NCBI GenBank assembly: GCA_017853555.1 | Contig: JAFMJH010000006.1 | Span: 41,585 to 105,584 of the forward strand | Direction of reading: 5' to 3' | DNA: 64,000 nucleotides | DNA from: Steroidobacteraceae bacterium | GTDB lineage: Bacteria > Pseudomonadota > Gammaproteobacteria > Steroidobacterales > Steroidobacteraceae | Part shown: piece by piece, positions 30,760-43,777 of the stretch | How positions within the stretch are numbered: the first letter of the stretch is position 1 | Layout of the letters: every line of letters begins with the position of its first letter | Translations under genes and position numbers: made by a program | Notes under the pieces: generated by a model | The model's input: only the letters and a program-made list of their open reading frames with translations | What the model was told of the DNA's origin: nothing | The model's database searches: none

Positions 30760-32750
30760 TCCGCCAACTCCAGATCGACCAGACCCTCGACCGGGTTCGC
30801 GTTGGTGACGATCACGCGCACGCTTGCCCCGATCACCAGACGTCGCCCCGTGCGCCGACCGCGCCAGGCGTGCCCGCCTGGTTCGAGCAGATATTCGTCG
30901 TCACGCAAACTCTGCAGGTGCAGCAGGCCGTCGACGTTGATGCCGCGCAACTGCACGAAGCAGCCGAACTCGACGACCGTGGTGACCAGACCTTCAAAGG
31001 TCTGTCCGATGCGCTCGCGCAGATAACTGCACTTCAAAAACGTGTCGACGTAACGGTCGGCTTCGTCGGCGCGCTTCTCGAGCCGCGACAGATCCTGCCC
31101 GAGCGGCCCGAGCTCGCCTTCGGAGTAGAGGCGGCCGGACGCATCGGCCGCGGACAAAGCCCGTTTGAGCGCGCGATGCACGACGAGGTCGGGATACCGT
31201 CGGATCGGCGAGGTGAAATGCGCGTACTCGTCGAGCGCCAGCCCGAAGTGCCCGATGTTGGCCGGCTGATAGACCGCCTGCGGCATCGAACGCACCACCA
31301 GCGACTCGACGAACGGCAGATCCAGCGACTTGCCGAGTCGGTCGGTGATTTTTTTGAGATCGCGCGGCTCGACCTCCTCCGGCAACTCCGCATCGATGCC
31401 GAGTGCCGCGAGTGCGCTGATGAGATTGTCGAGCTTCTTGTCTTCGGGCACGCCGTGCACGCGGTACAAGCCCTGCGCTTTGGCCGCATGCAGGGCGCGC
31501 GCCGCGGCGACGTTGGCGAGGATCATGCACTCCTCGACCAGCTTATGGGCGTCGTTGCGCGCATAGGTGCCGATGCTCTTCACGCGCTGCTCGGCATCGA
31601 ACCCGTAGACGGGCTCGGAACTCTCGAAATCAAGCGCACCGCGCCGACCGCGCGCCTTCAGCAACACCCGATAAAGGTCCACGAGCGGCTGCAACTTCGG
31701 CAGCATCGCGCCGAGGCCGTCGCGCGCGGCCGGTTCGCCGACGAACAAGGCCGCGTACGCGCGCGTGTAGGTGAGGCGCAAATGACTGCGCATGACGGCC
31801 GGAAAGAAACGGAATTTCTGCAGCTTGCCGGTGCGCGAGACCACCATGTCGACCGCAAAACACAGGCGATCGACTTCGGGCTCGAGCGAGCACAGATGGT
31901 TCGACAGCGCGGTCGGCAACATCGGCAACACGCGCTGCGGAAAATAGACGGACGTGCCGCGCTCGCGCGCCTCGCGATCGAGCGCGGTATCCGTTCGCAC
32001 GTAGTGACTGACATCGGCGATGGCGACCACGAGCCGAAACCCGTCGGGCAAGGCTTCGGCATACACGGCGTCATCGAAGTCGCGCGCATCCTCGCCATCG
32101 ATGGTGACGAGCGGCAGCGTACGCAAATCTTCGCGCCCTTGCGCCTCGCGCGCATCGACGGCATCGCCGAACGTTTCCGCCTCGCGCAGCACTGCGGCAG
32201 GAAATTCGGTGGGCAGCGCATGTCGCGCGATCGCCGACTCGCAGGCGAGTTCGAGCGGCCGATCCGGATCGAGACGGCGAACGACTTCGGCCACTGCGCC
32301 ACGATGCGCATCGGGATAGCGCGTGACGCGCGCAATCACCCAATCGCCCGCGTGCGCGCCGTCGGCGCGCTCGGCGGGCAACTGGCAGCGCAGCGCGAGA
32401 CGTCGATCGACCGCGTGCACGTACAGCGTGCGACCGATCGCCTCGACGGTACCGAGGAATGCGCTGACGCCACGCGCCAGCACGGCTTGCACTTCACCGG
32501 AGAGACGACCATCGTGACCGCGCGTGACTTCGACGCGCACCCGGTCACCGGAGATCAACGTCGCCATTTGCGGCGGCGGCAGAAAGACGCTGTCCTGCTG
32601 TCCTTCGACGCGAACGAAGCCGAAGCCGTGACGATGTGCCGTGACGACGCCCTCGACGCTGCCAGTCGCCGTCCCGCCCCCGCGGCGCGGTGCGCTCTTG
32701 CGAGCCGGCGGCAGGCTGCGCTTGCCCTGGTGTCGTCTTGGCGGCTTCAT
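30756..32750 (-). CDS. rnr: Ribonuclease R (RNB family), short form
   Basis: Cold-shock motif HRHGFGF, catalytic TIDGEDARDFDDA, HFTSPIRRYPD and a C-terminal S1 domain; adjacent to rlmB. Confidence 0.9.
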   Translation of the reverse strand: MKPPRRHQGKRSLPPARKSAPRRGGGTATGSVEGVVTAHRHGFGFVRVEGQQDSVFLPPPQMATLISGDRVRVEVTRGHDGRLSGEVQAVLARGVSAFLGTVEAIGRTLYVHAVDRRLALRCQLPAERADGAHAGDWVIARVTRYPDAHRGAVAEVVRRLDPDRPLELACESAIARHALPTEFPAAVLREAETFGDAVDAREAQGREDLRTLPLVTIDGEDARDFDDAVYAEALPDGFRLVVAIADVSHYVRTDTALDREARERGTSVYFPQRVLPMLPTALSNHLCSLEPEVDRLCFAVDMVVSRTGKLQKFRFFPAVMRSHLRLTYTRAYAALFVGEPAARDGLGAMLPKLQPLVDLYRVLLKARGRRGALDFESSEPVYGFDAEQRVKSIGTYARNDAHKLVEECMILANVAAARALHAAKAQGLYRVHGVPEDKKLDNLISALAALGIDAELPEEVEPRDLKKITDRLGKSLDLPFVESLVVRSMPQAVYQPANIGHFGLALDEYAHFTSPIRRYPDLVVHRALKRALSAADASGRLYSEGELGPLGQDLSRLEKRADEADRYVDTFLKCSYLRERIGQTFEGLVTTVVEFGCFVQLRGINVDGLLHLQSLRDDEYLLEPGGHAWRGRRTGRRLVIGASVRVIVTNANPVEGLVDLELAE

Positions 32751-32778
32751 TGACAGTGCGGGCGCCCCTGCGTACATT
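32750..32778 (+). promoter_or_regulatory. sigma70 promoter of tRNA-Leu
   Basis: TTGACA (32750-32755), 17 nt, TACATT (32773-32778), then a GC-rich discriminator. Confidence 0.75.
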
Positions 32779-32792
32779 TCGCCGCCCCCCTT

Positions 32793-32877
<85 letters not shown>

Positions 32878-32879
32878 TC

Positions 32880-35407
<2,528 letters not shown>

Positions 35408-36277
35408 TCAGCGCTTACCTTCGGAACCGCGCAGGTAACGGAAGAACTCGCTGTCGGGCGAAATGACCAGCATGTCGCCCTCCTTGCCCAAAGAATTCTT
35501 GTATGCCTGGATGCTGCGATAGAAGGCGTAGAACTCGGGATTGCGACCGAACGAGGCGTTGTAGATCGACGCCGCCTTGGCATCGCCTTCACCGCGAATC
35601 TTGAGCGCGTCGCGCGACGCCGCCGAAATGATTTCAGTGCGCTTGCGGTCCGCTTCGGCGCGGATGCGCAACGCGTCCTTTTCGCCTTCGCCGCGCAACT
35701 GGCGCGCGAGTCGGCCGAAACTCTGCTGCATGCTCGCGTACACGCGACTTTCGACATCCGGCGGCAAGCCGATCTTCTGCACGCGCGCGTCGATCAATTC
35801 GAGCCCGAGGCTCTCGACGGTCTTGCTGGCACGATCGAACATGTCACCCGTGAACGCGGTCCGCTCGGCCGACACGATCTGCTGCAAAGTGCGCTGCGCG
35901 ACGGCGTTCTTGATGCCGTCTTTGACGATGTCCGAGAGCCGCTGACCCGCCGCACCCTGATCGATGCCGAAGGCCTGCGAGTAGCGCGCGGCATCTTTGA
36001 TGCGCCATTTGACGTAGTAGTCGACGATCAGACCGCGGTTTTCGCTGGTGAGGAAGGTCTCACCTTCGAAGCTCTGCGAGACGATGCGGCGCTCGAACTT
36101 GCGCACCGTGTCGATCGGCCATTTGAAGTGGACGCCGGGGCCGTAGCCCGTGCCGACGATCTCGCGGAACTGCGTGCGGATCGCCAACTCGTTTTCGGTG
36201 ACCGTGAACACGCAGAAACTGCCGAGCAACACGGCGGCCGCGAGCACGGTGAGGGTACGTTGCAAAGTCTGATTCAT
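35408..36277 (-). CDS. hflC: FtsH modulator HflC
   Basis: SPFH domain protein with PGVHFKWP and FYAFYRSIQAY; follows hflK. Confidence 0.92.
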   Translation of the reverse strand: MNQTLQRTLTVLAAAVLLGSFCVFTVTENELAIRTQFREIVGTGYGPGVHFKWPIDTVRKFERRIVSQSFEGETFLTSENRGLIVDYYVKWRIKDAARYSQAFGIDQGAAGQRLSDIVKDGIKNAVAQRTLQQIVSAERTAFTGDMFDRASKTVESLGLELIDARVQKIGLPPDVESRVYASMQQSFGRLARQLRGEGEKDALRIRAEADRKRTEIISAASRDALKIRGEGDAKAASIYNASFGRNPEFYAFYRSIQAYKNSLGKEGDMLVISPDSEFFRYLRGSEGKR

Positions 36278-36278
36278 G

Positions 36279-37415
36279 TCAGCGCTCCACTCGCGTGCGC
36301 GGATCACCCGACGCGGCGTCCGGATCGGCACCCGCACCGCCGGCGGCGGAGCGCGGCGCACTGATGACGGTTTCGCCGTCGCGTGCCTGCGACTGCTGCT
36401 TTTCGACCAGCTTGTCGAGCGGCAGATAGATCATGCTGCCGTTGCCCTTGGCATCGACGAACACTTTCTTCGAGCGCGAGAGAACGTTCTCGATTCCTTC
36501 GATGTAGAGACGATCACGCGTCACTTTGGGCGACGCTTGATAGGCGGCGAGCAGCGCACCGAAGCGCGCCGCCTCACCTTCGGCGACCGCCACGACCTGC
36601 GCGCGGTAGCCCTCGGCTTCCTGCAATTGGCGCGAAGCGGCACCTTCGGCCACCGGCAGAATGCCGCTCGAATACGCCTCGGCTTCTTTCACGAGACGCT
36701 CTTTGTCGGCGAGCGCCTTGTTGGCGTCGCGCTGCGATTCCTGCACGTCCGCGGGCACCTGGATGTCGGTGAGGTTGACGCTCGTGATGAAGATGCCGGC
36801 ACCGTACTGGTCGAGGGTGCGCTGGATGAGCTCTTTGGTGCGGGTGGTCACCTGCTCGCGGTTCGAGACGAAGATGGTCTCGAGCGTGCTGCGACCGACC
36901 ACCTCGCGAATCGCCATTTCGCCGACGTCGCGCAAAGTCTGCTCGGGATCTTTCACCTGGAACAAATATTTGACCGGGTCGCGCAACTGGTACTGCACGG
37001 CGAGCGACATGTCGACCAGGTTGATGTCCTGGGTCAACACTTTGGCGGTGTAGTTGACGCTGCTGACTTTCTGCGTGTTGACCTTGGTCAATCGTTCGAC
37101 CGGCCACATGTGGAAGCCGAGACCCGGGTCACGCACCGAGACGAACTTGCCGAAACGCTGGATGACACCGCGTTCGGCTTGGTCGATGGTGAAGAAACAT
37201 TGGTACGCCCACAGGGCGATGATGATGCCGACCACCATCAGGAGCTGTGATCGGTTCTCCCCCGGCGGCTCACCGGCGTCGTCCGCACCCGCACCCTTCA
37301 GGATGTTCTCCAGCTTGCGCTGGAAATTTTTGAAGGCGTCGTCCCCGCGTCCGTCTTTCGACGAGCGTCGACCCCAAGGGTTGTTCGGGCTGCCGCCCGG
37401 CTGATTCCATGCCAT
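36279..37415 (-). CDS. hflK: FtsH modulator HflK
   Basis: MAWNQPG, NPWG, RFGK and VTRDRLYIE. Confidence 0.94.
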   Translation of the reverse strand: MAWNQPGGSPNNPWGRRSSKDGRGDDAFKNFQRKLENILKGAGADDAGEPPGENRSQLLMVVGIIIALWAYQCFFTIDQAERGVIQRFGKFVSVRDPGLGFHMWPVERLTKVNTQKVSSVNYTAKVLTQDINLVDMSLAVQYQLRDPVKYLFQVKDPEQTLRDVGEMAIREVVGRSTLETIFVSNREQVTTRTKELIQRTLDQYGAGIFITSVNLTDIQVPADVQESQRDANKALADKERLVKEAEAYSSGILPVAEGAASRQLQEAEGYRAQVVAVAEGEAARFGALLAAYQASPKVTRDRLYIEGIENVLSRSKKVFVDAKGNGSMIYLPLDKLVEKQQSQARDGETVISAPRSAAGGAGADPDAASGDPRTRVER

Positions 37416-37439
37416 AGTTTTTAGCGCCGAATGAGTGAC

Positions 37440-38798
37440 TTACGCGTGGCGCGTAGAGGGGAGCAATTGTAGGTACCCGCCGTCTGCCGCACAAGGTTGC
37501 TGCGCCGTCGCCGGCATCGCCTCCTCGAGCACTTCGACGCCCGGGATACGTGCGAGTTCCGCAGCCTCGGACTCGGGCAAATCGGCGACGAACTCGATGC
37601 TGCCGTCGTCGGCCGGCGTCTCGCGGCGCACCACGCCCGCGGCGAACAAGCGCGCACGCAACGCACCCGCGTGTCTTGCCGGCACCCGCACGCGACGCAG
37701 ACGCGCAAAGCGCGCCAGGCGCTCGGCCACGGCACCGAGCAGCGCGTCGAGACCCAAACCGCGCGCGGCAGAAATCCAGACGTTGCGTACCTCGCCTTCG
37801 CCGTCGCGATCGACGTGCGGCTGCACCTCGAGACGATCGATCTTGTTGTACACGCGAATCTGCGGCAGATCCCCCGCCCCGACTTCCTCGAGGACGGCGT
37901 TCACCTGCTCGATGCGCTCGTCACGTCGCGGATCGCTGGCGTCGATGACGTGCAACAGCAAAGTCGCCTCACGCGCCTCGGTGAGGGTCGATTGGAAGGC
38001 CGCGACGAGTTCGTGCGGCAACTCGCGGATGAACCCCACCGTGTCGGCGACGACAATCGGACTGCCGCCCGGCAGACCCACGCGTCGCACGAGCGGATCG
38101 AGCGTCGCGAACAATTGATCCGCGACATACGCGTTGGCACCCGTGAGCGCACGGAACAGCGTCGATTTGCCCGCATTGGTGTAGCCGACCAGCGCGACCG
38201 ACGGAATCGGGATTTCCACGCGTCGCGCCCTACCGGTCTCGCGCTGCTGCTTGAGTTTTTCGAGACGCCGCCCGAGCACTCGCACGCGCTCGCCCAACAA
38301 ACGACGATCGGTTTCGAGCTGCGTTTCACCGGGGCCGCGCATGCCGATGCCGCCACCACCCTGACGTTCGAGGTGCGTCCAGCCGCGCACGAGGCGGCTC
38401 GACAAATGTCGCAGTTGCGCAAGCTCGACCTCGAGCTTGCCTTCGTGGCTGCGCGCACGCTGCGCAAAGATATCGAGGATGAGCGCGCTGCGATCGAGCA
38501 CGCGCAAGCCGATCAATTTTTCGAGATTGCGCTCCTGACTCGGCGACAGACCGTGATCGACGAGCACCACTTCGGCACAGCAATCGACGGCCACGCGCTT
38601 GATTTCTTCGGCCTTGCCGCTGCCGACAAAATATTTGGGATCGGGGCGAACACGCCGCCCGGTGACCGTGGCGGCCGGTTGCACGCCCGCCGACTCGGCC
38701 AACTGCGCGAACTCATCGAGGTCTTCCTGCTCGACGGGCGCACCGAGCCCGACGCGCACCAGCACGGCTCGCTCGCCGCCGCGCGGCCGCTCAAACAC
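37440..38798 (-). CDS. hflX: Ribosome rescue GTPase HflX
   Basis: GPGETQLETDRR, GYTNAGKST, DTVGF and NKID. Confidence 0.96.
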   Translation of the reverse strand: MFERPRGGERAVLVRVGLGAPVEQEDLDEFAQLAESAGVQPAATVTGRRVRPDPKYFVGSGKAEEIKRVAVDCCAEVVLVDHGLSPSQERNLEKLIGLRVLDRSALILDIFAQRARSHEGKLEVELAQLRHLSSRLVRGWTHLERQGGGGIGMRGPGETQLETDRRLLGERVRVLGRRLEKLKQQRETGRARRVEIPIPSVALVGYTNAGKSTLFRALTGANAYVADQLFATLDPLVRRVGLPGGSPIVVADTVGFIRELPHELVAAFQSTLTEAREATLLLHVIDASDPRRDERIEQVNAVLEEVGAGDLPQIRVYNKIDRLEVQPHVDRDGEGEVRNVWISAARGLGLDALLGAVAERLARFARLRRVRVPARHAGALRARLFAAGVVRRETPADDGSIEFVADLPESEAAELARIPGVEVLEEAMPATAQQPCAADGGYLQLLPSTRHA

Positions 38799-38804
38799 GT
38801 GCGG

Positions 38805-39062
38805 TCATTCGATCGCGGGGTCCACGCCACCCTCGGGCTCTTCGGGCGACGGCAAGCGCACGTTGCGCGCCGGGACGACGGTCGAAATGGCGTGCTTGTA
38901 GACCATCTGGTTGACGCTGTTCTTGAGCAGCACCACGAATTGGTCGAAGGAGTCGATCTGCCCTTGCAACTTGATTCCGTTCACGAGGTAGATCGAGACC
39001 GGAACACGCTCCTTGCGCAGCTGGTTCAGGAAGGGATCCTGCAGGGACTGGCCTTTGGCCAT
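38805..39062 (-). CDS. hfq: RNA chaperone Hfq
   Basis: [23 protein letters not shown] and [16 protein letters not shown]. Confidence 0.98.
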   Translation of the reverse strand: MAKGQSLQDPFLNQLRKERVPVSIYLVNGIKLQGQIDSFDQFVVLLKNSVNQMVYKHAISTVVPARNVRLPSPEEPEGGVDPAIE

Positions 39063-39184
39063 GACGTTCTCCTTATTGTTCGGCGGGTCTTGGTTTTTTG
39101 GTGTCGTGCGACCACCCCGCTCGGGTGGCGACGGCAGCCCTCCATGACCCGCCCGCGCCCGATTTGGGTAGCTCTCTACCTTCA

Positions 39185-39210
39185 AGACCGATTCTAACTG
39201 AAAAAGTTCA
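39185..39210 (-). promoter_or_regulatory. Putative sigmaE/ECF promoter of hfq, with a nested sigma70-type -10 (TAGAAT)
   Basis: The minus strand reads TGAACTTT-N11-TCGGTCT, identical to the motif before bepA. TAGAAT is at 39191-39196. Confidence 0.5.
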
Positions 39211-40146
39211 GCCGACCGTGGGCTTGCACACGCTGGAAACCGCCGTCAGCCAGCGCGTCCGAGCATCGGGCGCCAAGGGATCGAACCGGAGCCAACCGGG
39301 GTCGGAGTTGATCCAGGTCAGCTGGCGTTTGGCCAATTGGCGGGTGGCGGCGACCGCCCGGCTCGAGGCCTCGGCCAAGTCGTACCGCCCCTCGAGGTGC
39401 TCCCACAGCTGCCGATAGCCGACCGCCCGCAGCGACGGCGCGAGGGCCGTGAGCCCGGGGCGGCTGCGCAGGGCGCGAACCTCCTCGAGAAAGCCGTCGG
39501 CCAGCATCTGCTGCCAACGAGCCGCGATGCGTGCGTGCAAAGCCGCACGGTCGGCGGGCACGAACGCATGGCGCAGCAAATGCAGTCCGTGCGCCGGCGC
39601 GGTATCGCGCTGCCAGACGCTGATCGGCACGCCGGTGCTGCGATAGACCTCGAGGGCGCGCTGGATGCGCTGCGGGTCGTTGGCGTGGATGCGCGCTGCC
39701 GCGGCCGGATCGACGTTCGCGAGTTCGGCGTGCAACGCGGGCCAACCGCGCGTCGCCGCCTCGCGATCAATCGCGGCGCGTACGGCCGCATCGGCGGCCG
39801 GCAAGGGTGCGATGCCGTGCACGAAGGCGTTGAAGTACAGCATCGTCCCGCCCACCAGCACCGGCAGCTTGCCGCGCGCGCGGATCGCATCGATCGCGGC
39901 CAAGGCGGCCGCGACGAATTCACCGGCGCTGAAGCGTTCGGTCGGATCGCGCAGATCGAGCAGATGATGCGGCACGCTTGCGCGCGTGGCCGCGTCGGGT
40001 TTGGCCGAGCCGATGTCGAAGCCGCGATAAACCTGCGCGGAATCCACGCTGACGATTTCGATCGGCAGCTGCGCGGCGAGTGCGAGCGCGAAATCGCTTT
40101 TGCCGCTCGCGGTCGGACCGCAGAGCAAAATCGCGTCAACGACCAC
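39208..40146 (-). CDS. miaA: tRNA dimethylallyltransferase MiaA
   Basis: [21 protein letters not shown] and AKRQLTW. Confidence 0.96.
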   Translation of the reverse strand: MVVDAILLCGPTASGKSDFALALAAQLPIEIVSVDSAQVYRGFDIGSAKPDAATRASVPHHLLDLRDPTERFSAGEFVAAALAAIDAIRARGKLPVLVGGTMLYFNAFVHGIAPLPAADAAVRAAIDREAATRGWPALHAELANVDPAAAARIHANDPQRIQRALEVYRSTGVPISVWQRDTAPAHGLHLLRHAFVPADRAALHARIAARWQQMLADGFLEEVRALRSRPGLTALAPSLRAVGYRQLWEHLEGRYDLAEASSRAVAATRQLAKRQLTWINSDPGWLRFDPLAPDARTRWLTAVSSVCKPTVG

Positions 40147-41890
40147 GCAGGAACAACTGGTCGAGTTGCGCGAGCGAAATCGTCGTCCACGTCGGACGCC
40201 CGTGATTGCACTGCCCCGCGCGTTCGGTCGCTTCCATGTCGCGCAGCAAGGCGTTCATCTCGGCGAGCGTGAGCTTGCGATTGGCGTGGATCGCGCTGCG
40301 ACAGGCGAGATTGCCGAGCAAGCCATGGGCTGCCGATTCGAGATGGTGCGTGCCGCCATCGCCCTGCAGATCACGCAACACCTCGCGTACCAGCGGCGCC
40401 ACCGCGACGCCGGCGAGCAACGCCGGCACCGCACGCACCGCCAGACGCCCCGGTGCAAGCACGTCGATTTCGAAACCCGCCCGATCGAAGTCCTCGATCA
40501 CCTCGGCGAGCGCATCGGTCTCGTGCGCCGCGAGTTCCACGATTTGCGGCTCGAGCAGACGCTGCATCGCCGGTTGCGCACCGAAGTCGCGCTTCATGCG
40601 CTCGTAAAGCACGCGTTCGTGCGCCGCATGCGCATCCACCAGCACGAGGCCCGCCGCGTTCTGCGCGAGTATGTACACGCCGTGCAATTGCGCCACCGCA
40701 GTGCCGAGCGCGCCGTCTTCATGCTGCGATGGCGTCGACGCCGCAAGCGGCGGCAGATCGGGTTCGGCACTGCGCGGCGACGGATCGCGCAGCAGCGGCA
40801 AACCGAGATCGGCTTGCTGCGGCGCGGCGTAGCCGGCTTGCGCCTCCTGCACGGCCAGCCCGAGCGCAGGCATCGGCGGCGGCGGCGACTCACCCGCCCC
40901 GACACCGAGCGCATCGTGCACGCTGCGAAACACGAACTCGTGAATCTGGCGTGCATCCCGGAAGCGCACTTCGAGTTTTTGCGGATGCGCATTCACGTCG
41001 ACGGCCGCCGGATCGAGTTCGAGGTAGAGCAGGTACGCCGGTTGTCGGCCGTGATACAGCACGTCGCGGTAACCGACGCGCACGGCGTTGGCGAGCATGC
41101 GATCGCGCACCGCCCGACCATTCACGTAACAAAATTGTTGATCGCTGCTCGCGCGTGCCGCCTGCGGTTTGCCGATCCAACCCCAAAGACGCACCCCACC
41201 CGACCGGCGATCGACCGGCAGCGCCTCGACGCTGAACTCGTCGCCCATCACCTCCGCGATGCGCATCCGCTGCTGCGAGGCCGAAGTCGCCAGCGGCGCA
41301 TCGAGCAAGGTGCGGCCGTGACTGCGCAGACGAAACGCGACATCGAAGCGCGCGAGCGCATAGCGCTCGACGAGTTTCACGATATGGCTCTGCTCGGTGC
41401 TTTCGCTGCGCAAAAATTTGCGACGCGCGGGCGTATTGAAGAAAAGATCACGCACTTCGACCAAAGTGCCGCGCGGTTGCGGCGACGGCGCCAGCGGCAT
41501 GACCTCGCCGCCCTCGACGCGCACCTCTGCACCGCGCACCGCGCCCGCCGCCCGACTCGCCACTCGCAGGCGCGCGACGCTGCCGATGGACGGCAACGCT
41601 TCGCCGCGAAAACCGAGCGTGACGATCGCGCCGAGATCGTCCAGGTTGGCGATCTTGCTGGTCGCGTGGCGCTGCACCGCCAAGGGCAGCTCCTGCTCAT
41701 CGATGCCGGAGCCGTCATCGAGCACGCGCACCAGCGCACTGCCGCCCGCTTCGATGTCGATGTCGATCGACTGCGCGCCCGCATCGAGCGCGTTCTCGAT
41801 CAGTTCTTTGACGAGCGACGCCGGGCGCTCGACCACCTCGCCTGCGGCGATCTGGTCGATGAGGGGTCCGGGGAGTAGTCGAATCGTCAT
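40136..41890 (-). CDS. mutL: DNA mismatch repair endonuclease MutL
   Basis: [12 protein letters not shown] and GFRGEAL, plus endonuclease motifs [15 protein letters not shown] and CNHGRP. Confidence 0.96.
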   Translation of the reverse strand: MTIRLLPGPLIDQIAAGEVVERPASLVKELIENALDAGAQSIDIDIEAGGSALVRVLDDGSGIDEQELPLAVQRHATSKIANLDDLGAIVTLGFRGEALPSIGSVARLRVASRAAGAVRGAEVRVEGGEVMPLAPSPQPRGTLVEVRDLFFNTPARRKFLRSESTEQSHIVKLVERYALARFDVAFRLRSHGRTLLDAPLATSASQQRMRIAEVMGDEFSVEALPVDRRSGGVRLWGWIGKPQAARASSDQQFCYVNGRAVRDRMLANAVRVGYRDVLYHGRQPAYLLYLELDPAAVDVNAHPQKLEVRFRDARQIHEFVFRSVHDALGVGAGESPPPPMPALGLAVQEAQAGYAAPQQADLGLPLLRDPSPRSAEPDLPPLAASTPSQHEDGALGTAVAQLHGVYILAQNAAGLVLVDAHAAHERVLYERMKRDFGAQPAMQRLLEPQIVELAAHETDALAEVIEDFDRAGFEIDVLAPGRLAVRAVPALLAGVAVAPLVREVLRDLQGDGGTHHLESAAHGLLGNLACRSAIHANRKLTLAEMNALLRDMEATERAGQCNHGRPTWTTISLAQLDQLFLRGR

Positions 41891-41945
41891 GCGACGATTC
41901 TAGGTGCTGGCGCGCGCCGGGGACAGAGCGCGTGCGACGAAGACT

Positions 41946-43238
41946 TTACAACGCGCCTTGCGCGCCGCCGTCGGCATCCTTGGTGGTCGCGACGACCGTG
42001 CGTTCGGCGTTGCGCTCGAGCGCGAAGCGCGTGCCTTCGGGCGGATGATCGACGAAATAGTTGCGCACGCCCTTGAAGATTGCAGTGGCGATGTCCTGCT
42101 GCCGCGCCGGGTCTTTGAGTTTGCGCTCGTCCGAATTGTTCGAGATGAACGCCGTCTCGACCAACATCGACGGAATGTCGGGACTCTTCAACACCACGAA
42201 CCCGGCCTGCTGCACGCGCGGACGGTGCACTTCATGCACCTCGCGCATGGCGGTGAGGACGCGTTCGGCCGCTTGCATGCTGTAGCCGATCTGCGCCGAC
42301 TGCGTGAGATCGACGAGCACCGACGCGAGCACCGGATCTTTGTCATCGAGCGAGACACCGCCGACGAGATCGGCGGCGTTTTCACGATCGGCGAGCCAGC
42401 GTGCCTGCTCGTCGGTCGCACCCTTCTCGGACAGCACGTACACCGAAGAACCCGACACCTGCGGATCGCGCACCGAATCGGCATGCACCGACACGAACAA
42501 CATCGCACCGGCTTCGCGCGCCCGCTTGATGCGTTGGCGCAGCGTCAAAAAATAATCGCCTTCGCGCGTCATCACCGCACGCATGCCGGGCTCGGCATTG
42601 ATGCGCGCAGCAAGCTGCCGCGCGATCTCGAGCACGACGTCTTTTTCATACGTACCCGCACGACCGATCGCCCCGGAGTCCTGACCGCCGTGCCCCGCAT
42701 CGACGGCGATCACGACGTCACGCGATTTCTTGCCGGGGTCGTGCGCGATGTTGACGGGTTTGAGCGCCGGCTCGGCGCCAACACTTTTTGACGCAACCGC
42801 CACGCTTGGCGTGGCGCCGGCCGAGTCGTTCTTGCGCGCCACTGGCGTGCCGCGCAATTCGAGTTCGAATTTGCGCTCGGAACCTTTGACGGCCTGTGCA
42901 CGAAACACGACGCCCGGGGCGAGATCGAGCACGAGACGCGCCGTGCCACCAGGGCGCACGCCCGCACGAATCGCTTTGACGTAGCCGTTGGCGGCAGGAA
43001 GAAGCGATTTCGAGGGCACCGCCGTCGACCGCAAGTCGATGACCGCGCGCGACGGCGCATCGAGCGCGAGCGTCTCCGCCGCCACCGGGCGCGACAACTC
43101 GAGCACCACGCGCAGCACGCCGGGCTCCTCACGGAAACTGAGCGACTCGAGCCGTGCTGGTTCGACCGCCACGGCAGGCAGCGGCAACAGGAGCAGTCCC
43201 AGGGACAACCAGAACGAGCGCAGCAGACGACGGGTCAT
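41946..43238 (-). CDS. N-acetylmuramoyl-L-alanine amidase (AMIN + Amidase_3, AmiB/AmiC-like)
   Basis: Signal peptide, DAGHGGQD, FVSVHAD and SMLVETAFISN; sits between tsaE and mutL. Confidence 0.92.
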   Translation of the reverse strand: MTRRLLRSFWLSLGLLLLPLPAVAVEPARLESLSFREEPGVLRVVLELSRPVAAETLALDAPSRAVIDLRSTAVPSKSLLPAANGYVKAIRAGVRPGGTARLVLDLAPGVVFRAQAVKGSERKFELELRGTPVARKNDSAGATPSVAVASKSVGAEPALKPVNIAHDPGKKSRDVVIAVDAGHGGQDSGAIGRAGTYEKDVVLEIARQLAARINAEPGMRAVMTREGDYFLTLRQRIKRAREAGAMLFVSVHADSVRDPQVSGSSVYVLSEKGATDEQARWLADRENAADLVGGVSLDDKDPVLASVLVDLTQSAQIGYSMQAAERVLTAMREVHEVHRPRVQQAGFVVLKSPDIPSMLVETAFISNNSDERKLKDPARQQDIATAIFKGVRNYFVDHPPEGTRFALERNAERTVVATTKDADGGAQGAL

Positions 43239-43246
43239 GGGGCGCG

Positions 43247-43295
43247 AATGTACGCGACTAAGGGTAATAAATTCAACGAAATTAATGTTTTGTGA
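43247..43295 (-). promoter_or_regulatory. Internal sigma70 promoter of the amidase gene with an AT-rich upstream tract
   Basis: The minus strand has TTGAAT (43271-43276), 18 nt, then TACATT (43247-43252). The flank is conspicuously AT-rich for this window. Confidence 0.5.
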
Positions 43296-43303
43296 CCGAC
43301 AAC

Positions 43304-43777
43304 TCAGAACGAGCCTGAAAGCCAAAGGACCCCGAGGGGCGTCCCGGCCTCGATCCGGACGCTATGACCTTCGTCACCCACCTCGAACCGCAGTGCGAGA
43401 TCGGCCAGCGGCAGCCGATCGGCGGCCCGCTCAGGCCATTCGACCAGCCAGATCGCATCAGGCTGATCGTAATCGCGCAGGCCCAGCGCCGTGACCTCCT
43501 CGGGATCGCGCAGTCGATAGAGATCGAGATGCAACACCCGACGAGCGGCAAGCTCATAGGTCTCGAGCAGCGCATAACTCGGACTACGCACCGAACCCTC
43601 GACGCCAAGCGCACGCAGAAAACCGCGCACCAGCGTGGTCTTGCCCGCACCGAGCTCGCCACTCAAGGTGACGCACAACGCATGGTTCGACGTCGCCGGC
43701 ACGGCACCCGCCAATTGCGCGCCCAGGGCGAGCGTGTCGTCCTCGCAAGGCAAAGAAATCGCGCGTTGCGCGGTCAC
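43304..43777 (-). CDS. tsaE: tRNA threonylcarbamoyladenosine biosynthesis ATPase TsaE
   Basis: GELGAGKTT, SPSY, HLDLYRL and VEWP; GTGA overlap with nnr. Confidence 0.94.
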   Translation of the reverse strand: MTAQRAISLPCEDDTLALGAQLAGAVPATSNHALCVTLSGELGAGKTTLVRGFLRALGVEGSVRSPSYALLETYELAARRVLHLDLYRLRDPEEVTALGLRDYDQPDAIWLVEWPERAADRLPLADLALRFEVGDEGHSVRIEAGTPLGVLWLSGSF

